Shown in pieces: positions 39,054 to 53,334 of a stretch of DNA of 64,000 nt. Positions within the stretch are counted from its first letter, which is position 1; the number at the start of each line of letters is the position of its first letter. The DNA is from the human T2T-CHM13v2.0 reference genome, Homo sapiens. The notes beneath the pieces are model-generated. The model worked only from the letters and a program-made list of their open reading frames with translations. It made no database searches and was not told where the DNA came from. The stretch is taken from assembly GCF_009914755.1 (NCBI RefSeq), contig NC_060936.1; one strand, given 5' to 3'. The position numbers and the translations under genes are program-made.

Positions 39054-40994
39054 GGAACTATCATTATATTTGTCCTTTATTTTTCAAATTTATCAAAAGG
39101 AAAAACTTGTGGCAGTAGCCTTGCAGCTAATAAAAACAACAGCAGTGCATACCAGGTATTTGAATGACTATATGACATGCAATACTTCTCTCAATGTTCA
39201 GACCCATGCTATGAAGTCAAGGCTACTGTTGTTCACATTTTACAAATTAAAAAATCAAGACTCAAAAAGATCTGACACTAGAAAGTGGCAGGGCCACAAT
39301 TTAAGGTGAGATCGATCTGACTCCAAAGCCCTCAGGGAACACAGCATGGTTTTTAGTGACTGTCCACACTGTGTGCTTCGTTCTCCTTGGGCTGAAGTCA
39401 TGGAGACAATTGCAACCAGCAGGAAGAGCATGGGCAAGATACCACCACCTGTGCCCATTGCCTTTCTTTCCTGCAGAATCACAGAGCTTTTATGCAGCAC
39501 CAGCCAAGAATCCCAGGCTCTCAACTTGGTCTTGGAAAGAGAACAGGCTTTTCCCCAACCCTTTCAGATCTACGATGCTTCTGAAACCTCAGGCACCAGA
39601 GGAAGGTCACTTGGACAAAGCTATCCACCAAGCCCTTACAAAAAAGGGTGCACCAGCATTCACGTTGCAGCAGACAGCAATCATCTTAAGCTGTTGCAAG
39701 ATCAAATTGCTCTCCTGCTTAGAGCATCTCCTTTTTTTTTCATCAGATCCAAACTCTTTATGCAGCCCCTGCTGATTTGCCCACCCCAAAATTCCCACCC
39801 CTGTCTCCCTTCCTGGTCATCCCAGCCTTCCAGGTGCTGCCCGAACACCCCGCACTCTCCGTGGGCCTTTGTGCTGACTGTCCACTCTGTCTGAAACACT
39901 GTTCTCCCCATTCTCCACTGGTTCATTTCCTTCTTAGGTCTGATCAGGTCAGTAGAAGGGAACCACATAAGGTTTCAGAACAGAAGATGCCACAGGGGAA
40001 AAGACTCACTTTTACTGAGTACCTACAATAGAGCTGGCAACATATGGCATTTAATTCAATCCTCTCAACCACCTTTTTCGGTCGTTTTACAGAGAAGAAA
40101 ACTGAAGTCTAAAGAGGCTTTGTCCTTGCCCAGGGCCAGACAATTTCCAAAGGTGGAGGTGAGATTTAAACCTCTGCTCATGGTCCGCCCTGTTCCTTTT
40201 TCCTCTCCATGCCCTTGGTCAAGGCCCTTTGAGTCATGAGCTTGGAAAACTGATGAAAACTCAGCTCTGGGGCAATTCAATTGTCCGCTTGGAGGCTGGC
40301 AGCCTTCACAAAGCATCACTAACCTCCCAGGAGGCAGAATACACCAAGGGTTTGAACTTCTCGTGCAGCTAGCCAATTTGCTGGAGAATAAAAGAGCAAA
40401 AGCACCTAGGAGCATAAAATCAACCAGTAAATCTAGGGATTAAAAGCCTCTTAGCAACCCTGCTACCTGTAATTACAGCCCCCAACAAAGAGGAACCCTG
40501 GCAGATGGAGGATAAGGAAGAATCCAACCAGTAACTGGCATGGGAGTCTTGCCAAGATGGTTTATGGCCCTACCTTGTGTCTTCCCAAACAACCTTCTGC
40601 CTGATCTCTATCAACCTCAGGCCCCAAGGGCAGCTGTGCTCCCATGTTATCTACAGATCTGCAGCACGGGGCTCAAGAACCAAACAAGGCTTAAATTCCC
40701 ACTCAGGACTATTTGGTGGATTAAGGTGAGACTCCCAGACATCACTTGGGGGCCTGAAGGGAAGTCCACAGAGCACAGAAAGTGTGTGATCTTTGATGGA
40801 ATTGTCATCTCACCTCAACAAGCCCAAGAATGCCACCTAGCAAGAGAGATGCATGCCAGATTGCAGAGGCAGAAGGAGGTCCCTCCTCTTCTTAAACTCC
40901 AGAGCACCAGACTGACCTGATGTTTCACTCTCTTACCCAATCCTATGGACTGCCTAGAAAATCTAAATGTCTGAGGCACGCGGCATTCTCTCCA

Positions 40995-41210
40995 GTTGGA
41001 TCTTGGCAAATTTTTTCCAGAAAGGACCAGATAGTAACTCTTTACGACTTTGCAGACCACAGGGTCTTTGTCTCAACTATGCAACTCTGCTGCTATTGCA
41101 CAAAAGCAGCCTTGGACAATACGTAAATAAATAAATGAGGCTGGTTGTGTTCCCATGAAATAGACAATGATCCAGATTTAGCCTCTTGATCGCTATTTGT
41201 CAACCCCCAC
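40995..41210 (+). mobile_element. MER58A hAT DNA transposon
   Basis: ttggcaaattttttccagaaaggaccagatagtaa...caactctgctgctattgcacaaaagcagccttggacaatacgtaaa...tttgtcaacccc. Confidence 0.85.
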
Positions 41211-41959
41211 TTTACAAAGTATGGGAGATTCTTAAATCTCTGTAACAGCATTTCACGAAATTGTCTTTTGTCCAGGGTTCTGAGAAAGTTCTTCTGAAGG
41301 GGAAGCTTTTCCTGAAAAGGTCAATAAATGTGGCTTTGCTTTCTTCTTGTGACCTACTTTCCCTGGGCCAGGTTGCAACCAACGTGAGCACCTCACCCCA
41401 CCAGAATCCAGAATTGGAGGGAATCACAAGATCTGTCTGCTACTGCATCTCCAGTGTTTCAGAAATCTTTGGCACATAGTAGGCACATCATAAATAATTC
41501 TTCAATAGATGAATCTGCTGAGATTCTGGCTGTAACCCAAAACATTTGGGACAGATTATTTTTTTCACCCATTCAATTATAGCTCTGCTGTTCCAGCCTG
41601 GCCTGTCCCAGGAACTTCTAAAGGGTTCAAATTAGAGTTCTCATGCTTGGCAGCTCTCCTGTGGTTGGCCACTTAGGCAAGTTAGAAATGCTCTTCCCTC
41701 TCACTCCCTTAGCTAACCTAGCTGTAAATCACTATCCAAAGATGTAAGTTGGTAAGTAGAAGACAATCCAGTGAGCATTTCCAGATGAATCATTCCGTGA
41801 ATGTTCCATCTTTAATTACTTATTAAAAGCAGACCAGATTTTCCTAATTGGGTGCAGTGAACATGTGTTAATTTTATAATTAAAAAGAAAATTAAACACT
41901 CTTTTCATGTGCAAACTAGGATAGAAATCCAGGAAGAAATTTTCTCTTAAAATACTTGA

Positions 41960-42449
<490 letters not shown>

Positions 42450-43364
42450 CCTGGTCAATGCTTTTGATCAGCTTCTGTCAATTGCTGCACCTTTTGAGAG
42501 GAAAGTCTAAGACACGAGAGGTCCCTCCAACCCTGTGCCTGCCTCCCCCAAAAATGACTCTACATTTTTTAAAAGGGTCACGCACATTCTGTGGCTGCTC
42601 CCAAGGACTCCAGCCTGGAATTACCTGTGAGGACTTTTTCCTCCAGTTTCCCCCAGTGTATCTGCTAGGTTGCCTATGAATGGAGGTACCTTCAACTCCA
42701 AAGCAACTTAGGCTGTTTAATTGCACTAATTGCCACCCCAGGCTGTAAGTTTTATGTTAATGCTCCACCAGGTGATTCATGTGGTAAATTACACACTTGA
42801 GATTTCACCAAGATTTACCTGCTAATCCTAAACTCACTTAAGACACTACTCATGCCTGCAACCCCAGATCCGGCAGCTGGGCGAGAGGTACAGATAGGCC
42901 TAGAGACCTCACACAATGCCTTCTTGCATCCTTGTCTCCATCTCGATGATTTTTCTCCATGTCATCTGTCCTTGGACAATTCTGACACTCCCTACCCTGC
43001 AGCAGGCAGGACCCTACTTGCAGACAAATGCCCTGGCCTGGCCACATCCTCAACTCTCAGGGATGGATTACAATTGAATGGGTGAAAAAATAATCTGTTC
43101 CAAATGTTTTGGGTTATAGCCAGAATCTCAGCAGATTCATCCATTTAAGAATTACAGTTAATATTCTTTCAACCCTCTAACCACTTCTTAACAGTTGTCT
43201 TCACATCTATCTCTTCTTATTCTACACTGACTTGGTGGAAGTCTTCAGATTAATCTTCCTAAAGCACCATTTTGTTCATCTTGCTCACAGCTCAAACACC
43301 CTCTGTGACTCCCACTGGCCACTGTTCAAACCCTTCAAGCTGACTTTCGTAGTCCAGTCCTGCT

Positions 43365-43858
43365 CTGGTTATCTCCTGCTGCATAACAAACCACCCCAAA
43401 CTTAGTGACGTGAAGCAACAACCATCATGTATTATTCTCATCTCTCATGGTTCTAGGAAGCAACTAGTTTCAGCAGGATGGATTGTGTTAGAGTCAGATA
43501 GTGGCAGGGTCTGGAGGCATCCTGAAGGCTTTCTCCTTTACATATGTGGCATCTGGGCTGGGGAGATTAAACAACTGGGGCTCAAATAGCTCGGGCTCCT
43601 TGGACATCTCTGCTCTCTGTCATCTCTCTCTGTGTTCCCTCTACCATGGGCTCAAAGCTCCAAAGGTGAATGTCTCAAGAGGGAGGGCCAGGCAGAAGCT
43701 GCACCTCCTTATGACCTTACCACCTAGCCTCAGAAGTCACATAGCATCATTTCTACCAAAAGTCACAAAGATCCTCCATATCCAAGGGGATAGAATTAGC
43801 ATCCACCTCTTGATAGGCAGAGTAGCAAGAATTTGTGGTTGTGTTTTGAAACCACTAT
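43365..43858 (-). mobile_element. MaLR solo LTR (MLT1)
   Basis: gttatctcctgctgcataacaaaccaccccaaacttagtg; ctagcctcagaagtcacatagcatca. Confidence 0.8.
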
Positions 43859-44997
43859 AAGCCCCAAGCTCCTTTTTACAAACATGGGCCAGGATTTCAT
43901 TTCTCAACTGAGCCATCTGCTTCCAGTCAAACTATTCCTTCTTTTCTTTCTTTTTTTTTTTTTAATTCCTTATTTTCAAAGCACACCTAAAACTTGCCTC
44001 GTCCATGACTCTGTTCACCCCATTATCTTTGTAGGGACGCCCTCACCTTGCCGCCATCTGCATAACTAAATCCTACTGACCCTGTGAGTCCATCTCATCA
44101 GAAACATTTCCGCTCCCAAGCTCAGTCTCTTTCTTATGCCAATTATTATTTGTTCAATTCATTGAACAACTAATCATTCTCTGCTTTGTGCTATCACTTC
44201 TATTTCCATCTTGCTATTTGGCTATGTCTTTTAGAATTTAACATCTCATGTGTGGATAATTTCTCCTTAGTTCCCTGGTCAAGTCTTCATGGTAATCACC
44301 ATCTATTGGATGCTTACTATATGTCAGCCACAGTACTTTGCCTTTTGCTGACAGTAACTCACCTATTCTGGACAGCAAGCTGGAGTCACAGGGGTTATTA
44401 GTAACTCATTTTGCTGATAAGAAACCAAGGCACTGATAGGTTACCTTCTGTGGCCAAGTTCATGCAGGCTCAGAAGCAAGAAAAGTGGAATTCAAACCCA
44501 TTTTTCCATGTTCCAAAGCCTAGTCTCTTCTCCCCTTTGTTGAAACACCTCTTACTTTTATCTTCGTCTCTTCCATTTTCTCACTCAGGACATCCACAAA
44601 AACACTTTCCATGTGATTTTAATTTCTCTGCCTTGGTTTGATTTTAATATCTTTACCCGAGGTCCAGGTACAAGGCCAGACACAAGCCTAGCATGAAGAA
44701 ATTTCTTAGGAATAAGTAAAAGTGCATCCGGTTAATATTTTTGGTGTGATACGGAAGAATGGATTTAGCTACAAGGTTGTTGACACAAGTTCGGAAGACT
44801 TTGGAAAGAATCACTGGGTCTTCTCCTGTTTCCTTGGTTGTCTTTATTGCCTGGGCAAACCCTTCCTAACCTCAATGTTTTTCCACTCCTCAGAAACAAA
44901 CATCACATTCTTATACATTCTTTAGGCTTCAGCCTTTCAGAGAAGCCTTACAACTCCCCTGACCTACCACCACAAAACGACATCAGTTCTCCCAGTA

Positions 44998-45415
44998 TGC
45001 TAGCAGGGGGTGAATTTCGTTCCCCCCAAAAGATAGGTTGAAGTCTTGACCCTAGGAACTAAGCATTTGATCTTATTTGGAAATCGGGTCTTTTCAGATG
45101 GAATCAAGTTAAGATATGGTCACCATGTGGGCCCTGCTCTGACATGACTAGCATCCTTATAAGAAAAGGAGAACAGACACACAGGGAAAACACCATGTGA
45201 CAACAGAGAGCAGAAGGTGATGCAGCCAAGGGTTTCCCCAGAAGCCAGAGGAGCAAGGAAAGATTTTACCTGCAAAGCCTTCACAGGGAGCACTGCCCTA
45301 CAAACACCTTGGTTTTGGACTTCCAGCCTCCAGTGCTGCAAGGGAATATATTTTTTTGTTGTTTTAAGCCACCCAGTTGTAGTACTTTGTCACAGCAGCA
45401 ATAGGAAATTAATGC
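44998..45415 (+). mobile_element. MaLR solo LTR (MLT1B/C-like)
   Basis: tgatcttatttggaaatcgggtcttttcagatg; ttggacttccagcctccag; ends tttgtcacagcagcaataggaaattaatgca. Confidence 0.85.
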
Positions 45416-46740
45416 ACACCTTATCCTACTTTACCGCATATGTCATACCTAGAATCAAGCCATTTGTATAAGTATCTATTTAATAGCCATTTGCCAGGAA
45501 AGAACCAAGTCCTTGAGAGCATCAACTCCATTTTGCCTGCAGCCACGCCCAGGGAGCACAGAGTAGGCCCTCAGTAAATAGCCCCTGCGTGCATCCATGA
45601 ATGGAAGTCTCCCTCCTCCATGTTAACTAAACACTCTCAAGGTCTGTCGCCCCTTCTGGAGGCCCCAGAACCACACTGCCACGGCTGGGCTCTTGCTGGA
45701 GTCTGCTCTCCCTGGGACACACAGAGAGGATTGTGTGGATTCACAAGGACCTGGAGGCATGCGTGTGCTCCATCTCACTGACTTAATCCCACTGCAAGTA
45801 GGGTACCCCAAGGATCATCAGAGACCTGCCCTGTAAGCTCCTCACCTCTGAGCAATTAACTAATGGGTAGTTGGAAGTAATCAAAGACTCCCATCGGAGT
45901 CTGTCAGCCAAGCCTCCCTTGGAAGTCTGAAAACAAAGACTATCTGCAATGCCTAGGCTTCAAAACCAGGGAAATAAACCTGTATCAAATCAAATTCCCT
46001 GCCTCCAGCTGAAGAATGTACAGGCTCCTGTTGTATAGCCTTCTGGCATTCTTAGGGCAAGAACTGTATTCAGCCACTAACCTTTCTCTTAAATTGCCTA
46101 TCCAAGATAGGCCATTATTATAATGAAATACCTCAGCTGGGAATGTTCTTGGTTGCAGCTAAAAGGTTTTCTTTCTGACTACTGTGCTCCTAGGCGCTGC
46201 CTTAATTTGGGGGAACTTCCCTTTGGCTGTTTTGAAAGGATTTTGACAGGTCTGTTTATATTTTATTTGATTTGCTTCATTTCAGTGTGTGGGTCAGCAT
46301 GCCCCAGTCCTAATGATGATGAAAACTGGAAAAGATGGGGCAGCCCCAAGAAAGGATTAAGGAAAGAGCCATCATTTTAGTGAGGGAGAAATGGGAGTCA
46401 AGCCTGTGGTTCTAGAAAGCTCCGCGTCCTGCCCTGTGGCAAACCCACCAGGAGCTGGAAGAAAGTGCTCAGACGTGGTGTTTGCAGCCTTAGGACCCTC
46501 TGGGCCTCCTTGTTTGAACCACAATGCCCTTTGCACAAGGCTGTCTCAGGAGCAGCTGATTTTAAGAGAAGGGTTAAAGTTCATGCTAAATCCCAAAACG
46601 CTTAGAGCTCAAATTCAAGGGAGGCTAGGTGGTCAGAGGCCTTGTCAATACTTGAAGAGTAAAATGCTTGAACGTCCATCAAAGGTCCTGTTTGATCTGA
46701 TATCTGGGTCTGCCCTCTCTTCCAACATCGAGGCTTCAAC

Positions 46741-47085
46741 CCAGAGGTCTCAAGTTGGTGGTTCCAGGGCCAAATCTGGCACGTGGATATGTTTTGTTCA
46801 ACCTGCTCAGTGTTTGTTGGTTTTATTTACATTTCCCTTAATGTTTTTTTTTTTTTTTTTTGCTGAGTCATCAAGATAAAAGAAAACGGGAAATTTCACA
46901 TTAAAATATCCAGCTCTCCTTGCAAAATCAGAAAATCTAGCCCCCTGGGCTTGCATTTCCATGTGGCAACCGTTGACTATAAATGAAGAGCAGCCAACCC
47001 CTGGCAGATGAGGGGCCTCCTTATTCCCCATCACTCATGTCTCTGACCTGCCTGGCTCTGGTAAGCAGACTAGTTTGAGACCCCC
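46741..47085 (-). mobile_element. MER102-like hAT element
   Basis: gggccaaatctggc; aaaatcagaaaatctag; cctgcctggctctggtaagcagactagtttgagacccc. Confidence 0.65.
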
Positions 47086-47679
47086 ACTCATCTAACCATT
47101 CAGCAACACAGCCCTCGTATTTATACCACAGTGTCAAATTAAATGTCACCCTTTCCAGAAAGACTCTCAAACCCTCCCAACGGAAAACTTCCCACCTGGC
47201 CCCACCATAGGTTTGTGTTTCATTTGCCTAACTTATTTGGGTATGGATCCTCCCCTCTGTCTGGGTGATGTGAATAACTTCATTCATCTCTCATGACGTA
47301 ACACACATCATCTCCTTCAGGAGGCCTTCCCTGATTGCTCCTCCCTCCTCCAGCCTGCTGTCTTTTGCTGCTTCTGCCTATCCAAGCTTTTATCATCCTT
47401 GTTTCTTCTCTGTCTCCCCTGCTGGGCAGGAAGAGGGCAGGGGCTGAGCTCTGTAAATCCAGCAGGAAGCATGCAGCTTGGCTTCTGGGAGGGTCTCTCG
47501 GGAAGTGTTTGCAGAATAGAGAGAAAATGGGACAGAAAGGAAGAAAAAGCTCATTTGCTCAGGATATTCAGTTAGAATGCTGACAGCAGGAAGGCATCAT
47601 CATAATAGTAATAATAATAATAATAGTTCCTAGCACCTACTAGGGGCTTTGTATGTGAGTCTTTTACATATTAATTCAT

Positions 47680-48075
47680 TGTGTTAGTTTCAGTCCTCTG
47701 GGAAGCGGAAGTCTAGATGGAATGAGACATTTACTGAGGGAGATGTCTGTGAAGGATAAAGGGGAATGAAGCAGGAGTAGTCCAGGAGAACCTGCACATC
47801 AGGATGCAGGTCCCACAGGGGAAGAAGAGAAGGGAGGCAGATTGGGCAGGAAGAGCCTGCAGGATAGGTCTGGTCCACTCCGAGAAAGTCTCTGCCTGGT
47901 GATGAGGAGTGGCCCGCAAAGATCGGCCATCAGAGCAGTCCCAAACCAGGCAGGAGAGGCTGGGCTCTAGCACCTCTGCCATGCCCAATCATTGGTTGGC
48001 GGCAGCTGGGAGAGCGGGTCCTGGCTGTGCATGCTTGGGTGGATCTTAAGTTGGGTCATCTGGAGGCTCTCAGCT
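47680..48075 (-). mobile_element. ERVL solo LTR (LTR16-like)
   Basis: tgtgttagtttcagtcctctgggaagcgg; gcccaatcattggttggcggcagctgggag. Confidence 0.65.
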
Positions 48076-48889
48076 TGCAGGACTTCACACACGGAGGTCT
48101 GAAAAATCCCAGCTCCAGGGCTGCAGCACCCAGATAATCCCCACAACGCCCCTAGGCACCACTGCTGCTATTGCCAAGCTGCGCCTTAGGGGAAGTGACA
48201 TGACCTGGTCCAAAGCTACAGAGCTCTTAGAGATGGAACCAGATATCAATACCAAATCAGGCGTGTAGCCACCCTGCCCTTGGATCCTCGGCAACCCTCG
48301 GGGAAAGACAGGTTATTAGAGTCTTGGGTTGATGGCCCAAGGCCCATTTTTCTGAGAAGGAATATGGGACCCTGAGCCAGGAGTTGACTTGGCCATTCCC
48401 GAGGGAGGCCAGCAGGCACACCCAGGACTCCTGGCCTCCTGCAGCCGAGAGGAAGGAGACTCCGAGGCACCGATCCTTGGGGTTAGCAGGAGGTGGATGT
48501 CCACCAGCTCCTTTGTCAACCCTTCCCCAGCCCCACTAATGATGATAACACCAGCCTGGTCCTACAGAACAGCTTCTATGTGTTGGGGACTGTTGAACCA
48601 CTTATATCTTTGCCTGTCTTTAACCTCCCGGCATCCCTGTGACGCAGACACCTTTATTCTTCCCGTTTCCCAGGGGAGAAGATAGAGATGCAGAGAGGCA
48701 AGACACTAGCCCAAGGCCACAGTTAGAAAAAGGCAAAGTTCAGATGCAAAGCCAGGTAAGCCCTGCTATTCAAGGCTCTGCTAACTTCAGCCAAGCAAGT
48801 AAAAAACAATGGATGTCCTGTGAACAGTGGCATCTTTGGAAAACGTCGCTGTTTTTATTAATCTCTCTCAAGATAGATGTTGCTCAAAC

Positions 48890-49530
48890 ACAGCAGCGTC
48901 GTGACAGTGCCAATAGCCAGCAGTCTCCTGTCCGCGTGGGTTGCGAGCCCCGGGCGTGGACGGAGTTGGGAGCGGAGGGCGGCAGGTGCCAGCGGGGCCC
49001 GCCTCTCCCTGCAGGCGGCCCCGGCAAGTTCACGGCCGGCCCGGGGCGAGGGGCGAGCGGCGCGCGGCCGTGCGGCTCATTCTACCGCCCTGCGTGCGAA
49101 GGGGAGGCCGCGCCCCCGCGCCCCCGCTCGCGCCGTGCCTGCCGCCGCCACCCGCCCGGCCGCCGGGCCGGCCACTGAGCGGCCGCTGCAGACTCGGCGG
49201 CGCCGGCGCACCTGCAATCAGGCCCCGCGCCGCGCCGCCGCCTCGAGCCCAAGGCCGCCGCGCGCCGCGCTCGCCGCTGATAAGAGGCGGCGGGGGAGGG
49301 GCGCAGGATGCTGGCGTTGCGGAAGGGCGGGGGATGGGTGGGCAGCTGGAGCGGGCTCCCCTCCCCTCCCCTCCCCTCCCCTCCCCTGCCCTTCCTCTCC
49401 CTCTCCCTCTGCGATGTCTCTCCCGAAAGTGTGTGACTTGCCCATGTCTGTCTCTTGTCTGCGCCTCTCCCCTAAATTCCCTCCCTCCCCAGCCCTCGCC
49501 GCGAGCGTGTGTGCGCGCGTGTTCGTGTGT
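48890..49530. promoter_or_regulatory. CpG island, probable promoter (gene not identified)
   Basis: Abrupt GC- and CpG-rich block in an otherwise CpG-depleted window; NotI site 49179-49186; tandem EGR-type cgcccccgc 49111-49127; GC boxes; not repeat-derived. Confidence 0.85.
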
Positions 49531-49950
49531 GTGTGCGTGTGCATGTGTGTCTGTGTCTCCAGTTGCTCCCTGTCTCCTGTACCTGTCTCTGTGCACTTCC
49601 TGACCTTTCTGTCTCCTACTCCCCACCTCTCTGATTCTCTCCACCTCCTGCTGATTCTGTCGCTCTCTTCTCTCTTAGCATCCCCTCTTAGTTTCTCCCT
49701 CTCTCCCTGTTCTATTTCTCTCTTCCTCACCTAACTTGGAGCCAGTCCCTCCCCTCTCCCTGTGTCTGTCTTCTCTCCCTCTCTCCATCTTTCTGACTCT
49801 GACCTGCCTCTCCCCTTCTCTCTCCCTTCCCTGTCTCTCCGAGTCCTTGCCTGTCCTCCTCTCTCTGCATCTTTTCTTTCTGCGTCCCCAACTCCCTCTC
49901 ACTTCTCCGTTCTTTCACTCATTTGTCTGTATCTTCCCTTTTCTTTTCTC
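49357..49950. repeat. (CCCCT)n followed by a CT-rich polypyrimidine tract with an internal (GC/GT)n run
   Basis: ctcccctcccctcccc...; gcgtgtgtgcgcgcgtgttcgtgtgtgtgtgcgtgtgc; long C/T bias. Confidence 0.9.
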
Positions 49951-50649
49951 GCCCTGGGCTCCTCCCCATAACTCTGCGTGTCCCCTGCCCATCTCAGCAT
50001 CCTGTGGCACTTTCTGCATGGCCGGCCCGCCTGCAGGGACAAGGCCTTCAGAGCCAGCGGTTGCAGGAATAGCTGGACCCCACAAGGGGCTAGGCTCAGC
50101 AGGTGTCCTGACTTCAGGGGGCAGGACTGTGCTCACCTGTGCCTTTCATGTAAGGCTCTGGCGCACTTCACAGTCATTAAGGCCTGCCTGGGGGCAGGTC
50201 AGGGAATATCACAGCCTGGGCTGTTTGGTTATCTTCATTATTAATACACACCCCCCTGCCTTAAATGAGTTTAGTGCAGGGGACAGAATCCCGACTGACG
50301 CCTGGAGAGATTAAGGTTTCCGAGGGTTGCACAGGCCAAAGATGACAAACTGATACAGCAGGGATGTGAGTTTCTGCTGCTTCCTTCCTGCAGTGCAAGC
50401 CTCTGCCAGGAGCTTATAAACCACCCTTTCTGAGACGGCTCTGGGGGTCAAGAGATGGGGCTAGATTTATCTGAATGGGTCCTGGCCTGGTGGTCTGCTT
50501 TGCACAAAACATGCAAGCAGGGATCTCAGTGGAACCAGCCCCTTTTGCACTTGAATAAATTCAGGAGCGATGGGAGAAGAACAGTGACATAGGGTTTATT
50601 TGTGTATTCATTTTTCTGACCAGGGGATGCATCCAGAAAGTATCAGTAG

Positions 50650-51157
<508 letters not shown>

Positions 51158-51365
51158 CCCAAAAGGGCTATTTCTGGCAGCTACTCTGGTGGCAGCAGTC
51201 ATAACTAATGCTCACTGTTTAAGCTCACATGTCCCTGTAAAGAAAGAGCCTGTGTGTTGAAGCCTCCGGGATGGCTGGAATTGGGGGAAGGGAGAGAGAC
51301 AAAATGCTATGGCCATTTGAGTATTTTTCACCAACTCTGCCTCCAGTATAAGAAGTTTTGGTCTA

Positions 51366-51545
51366 GTTGGGCACCGTGGTGCATGCCAGTAGTCTGTTAT
51401 TCGGGAGGCTGAGGCAGGAGGATCACTTGAGGCCAAGAATCCGAGGCTATAGTGAACTATCATCGCACCTGTGAAAAGCTACTGCATTCCAGCCTGAACA
51501 ACATAGTGAGATCTTATTTCTAAAAATAAATAGATAAATAAGAAA
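51366..51545 (+). mobile_element. FAM (fossil Alu monomer, 7SL-derived)
   Basis: Single monomer retaining the 7SL-type segment atcgcacctgtgaaaagctactgcattccagcctg; A-rich tail. Confidence 0.8.
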
Positions 51546-53334
51546 GTTAAAGTTATTGGTCCAATACTGTCAGTGAAAGGCCTTTGCTCTGTGACTTGCC
51601 ATCTCTGGGCCTTAACCATAAAAGAAGACACTTAATCTAACAATTTATTTGGCCCTTTCAAGTTTCTAGTCAAGCAGTTTCTATCTTTTGACTTAATACA
51701 CACTTCCCCTAAATGTGTATTAAGTCACTAAATATATATAGTATCCTTAAAGTAAGTGTATCTTTATTCCAGGGCTGCAGGTAGGCCACACTCCCTGTTC
51801 CAGATCTCTGGGCTTTGTTGTTGTTTGTTTTGGAGACGGGGGTCTTCTCTTTTTTAAAACTAGACCAATCTAGTGAAATGCCATGACATTTTATTTTGAA
51901 AGACTCATGCTAGGTTATATACTAAGCATGCAAACATTCTTGAAATCTACTGTAACCTCACTTTGATAGCAAATACTAGTCTACCGGTGAGTTGAAAGAC
52001 TTAAATTTTTTTAAACCATTTTTTTAATCATTTGCAGATATTTAAATAATTTTTAATAGCATCACTTACTTTGACTATCATTGTCAAAGATGACAACTTC
52101 ACCTCTCTGCTTAGTAAGTAGTTCAGCTAATAAAGTACAATAAAACAAAGTGTCTATTGTAGAATCCAGATCCTAAGCATATAGGTATTGACTAAAATTC
52201 TTCCAGCTTTCCTGTTTATATGAACAATTTTATAATAAATGCTAGGAACAAAAGTATAGAATGTCCGCCAGCACCTAGGAGAATATTTAGTCTGTAAATC
52301 AAACTTCTTGTCATCAAAGATCAGGATCTGGCTAATAATTAAATCACATGCAGAATCTGGATGCTTAGTGGCTCTCTTTGAGAAAAAAGAAATGCAGCCT
52401 GCTTGGCGGCCCAGCCCAAAGCTAGCCTGGAGGAGCCGCAGGAGGGGCCTGCGATGGAGAAATCTAGAATCTGATTGCACACAGGCCACTGACTCACACT
52501 GTGATCTTCGGTAAGTAGGTTTACCACTCGGTGTCCTGTTTTTCCATCTGTGAGATGGGAATGATAACATGGGGCTGCTGGGTCAAGCCAGCAGATAACT
52601 TCCAGAAAGCCCTTTGAGCTTCTTGGAAACAGCACTCGAGATATGATGAGGCGCCAGCATGCTGCAGAGATGTGTGCCCAGTGGCAATTGGAATGATCCA
52701 GGTTCAGTCTGGGCAGAAGTGGTCATCGGGCTGTAAACAGAGCTTTTCAACTGCTCCACCTGGTGTCATGCATCTCATCTCCCCTTCCCCCTGCCACCCC
52801 CCTGCTTTTCTGCCCCTCCCTCCATCGCTCCCAACACAGCTCCAGCCTGAAATGCTTTCTCCCTCCTAAAACCTCCTGCTGTCACAGCCCAGTCATGTCT
52901 TACAGCAGTAATGTCGATAAGAAGCAGTCATTACTATTATAGAAGCTTCCATATTATTTTACAGGCCCTGTACTAAGTGAGTGCTTTAAAAGCATCATCT
53001 CTTTTAATTCTTACAAAAAATCACCGAGGTAAATATTCTTATTATTTCTTTTTTACAGATATTTATAAAACTGATAGCTACCAACTCCAAAACACTTTTC
53101 CTAACTTATTCCATTAAGAGACAACTCGTGCTAGGTGCTTTACATACATGGTATCATGCAGCCCTCACCACAGCCAAGCAAGATGAGACTTCCTTGTCTT
53201 TGCTTCACAGATAAGCCCCTCTGAGTCTTCATCAATGTACTCTTCCTCATACTTCAGTATATTTTCTGTGACTTTATCAAGAAGCTGTTTTGCCACTTTC
53301 CCTCGTATTTCAAGAGTGCACAAACACCTGCAGG

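Noticed and set aside
39346-39894. 182-aa ORF with ATG start
   Set aside because: No recognisable homology or exon structure, and the 3' part overlaps L2-like sequence.
48639-49734. Long overlapping ORFs (170-285 aa) on both strands across the CpG island
   Set aside because: Stop-codon depletion due to GC richness; P/R/A/G and L/S low complexity; no recognisable domain.
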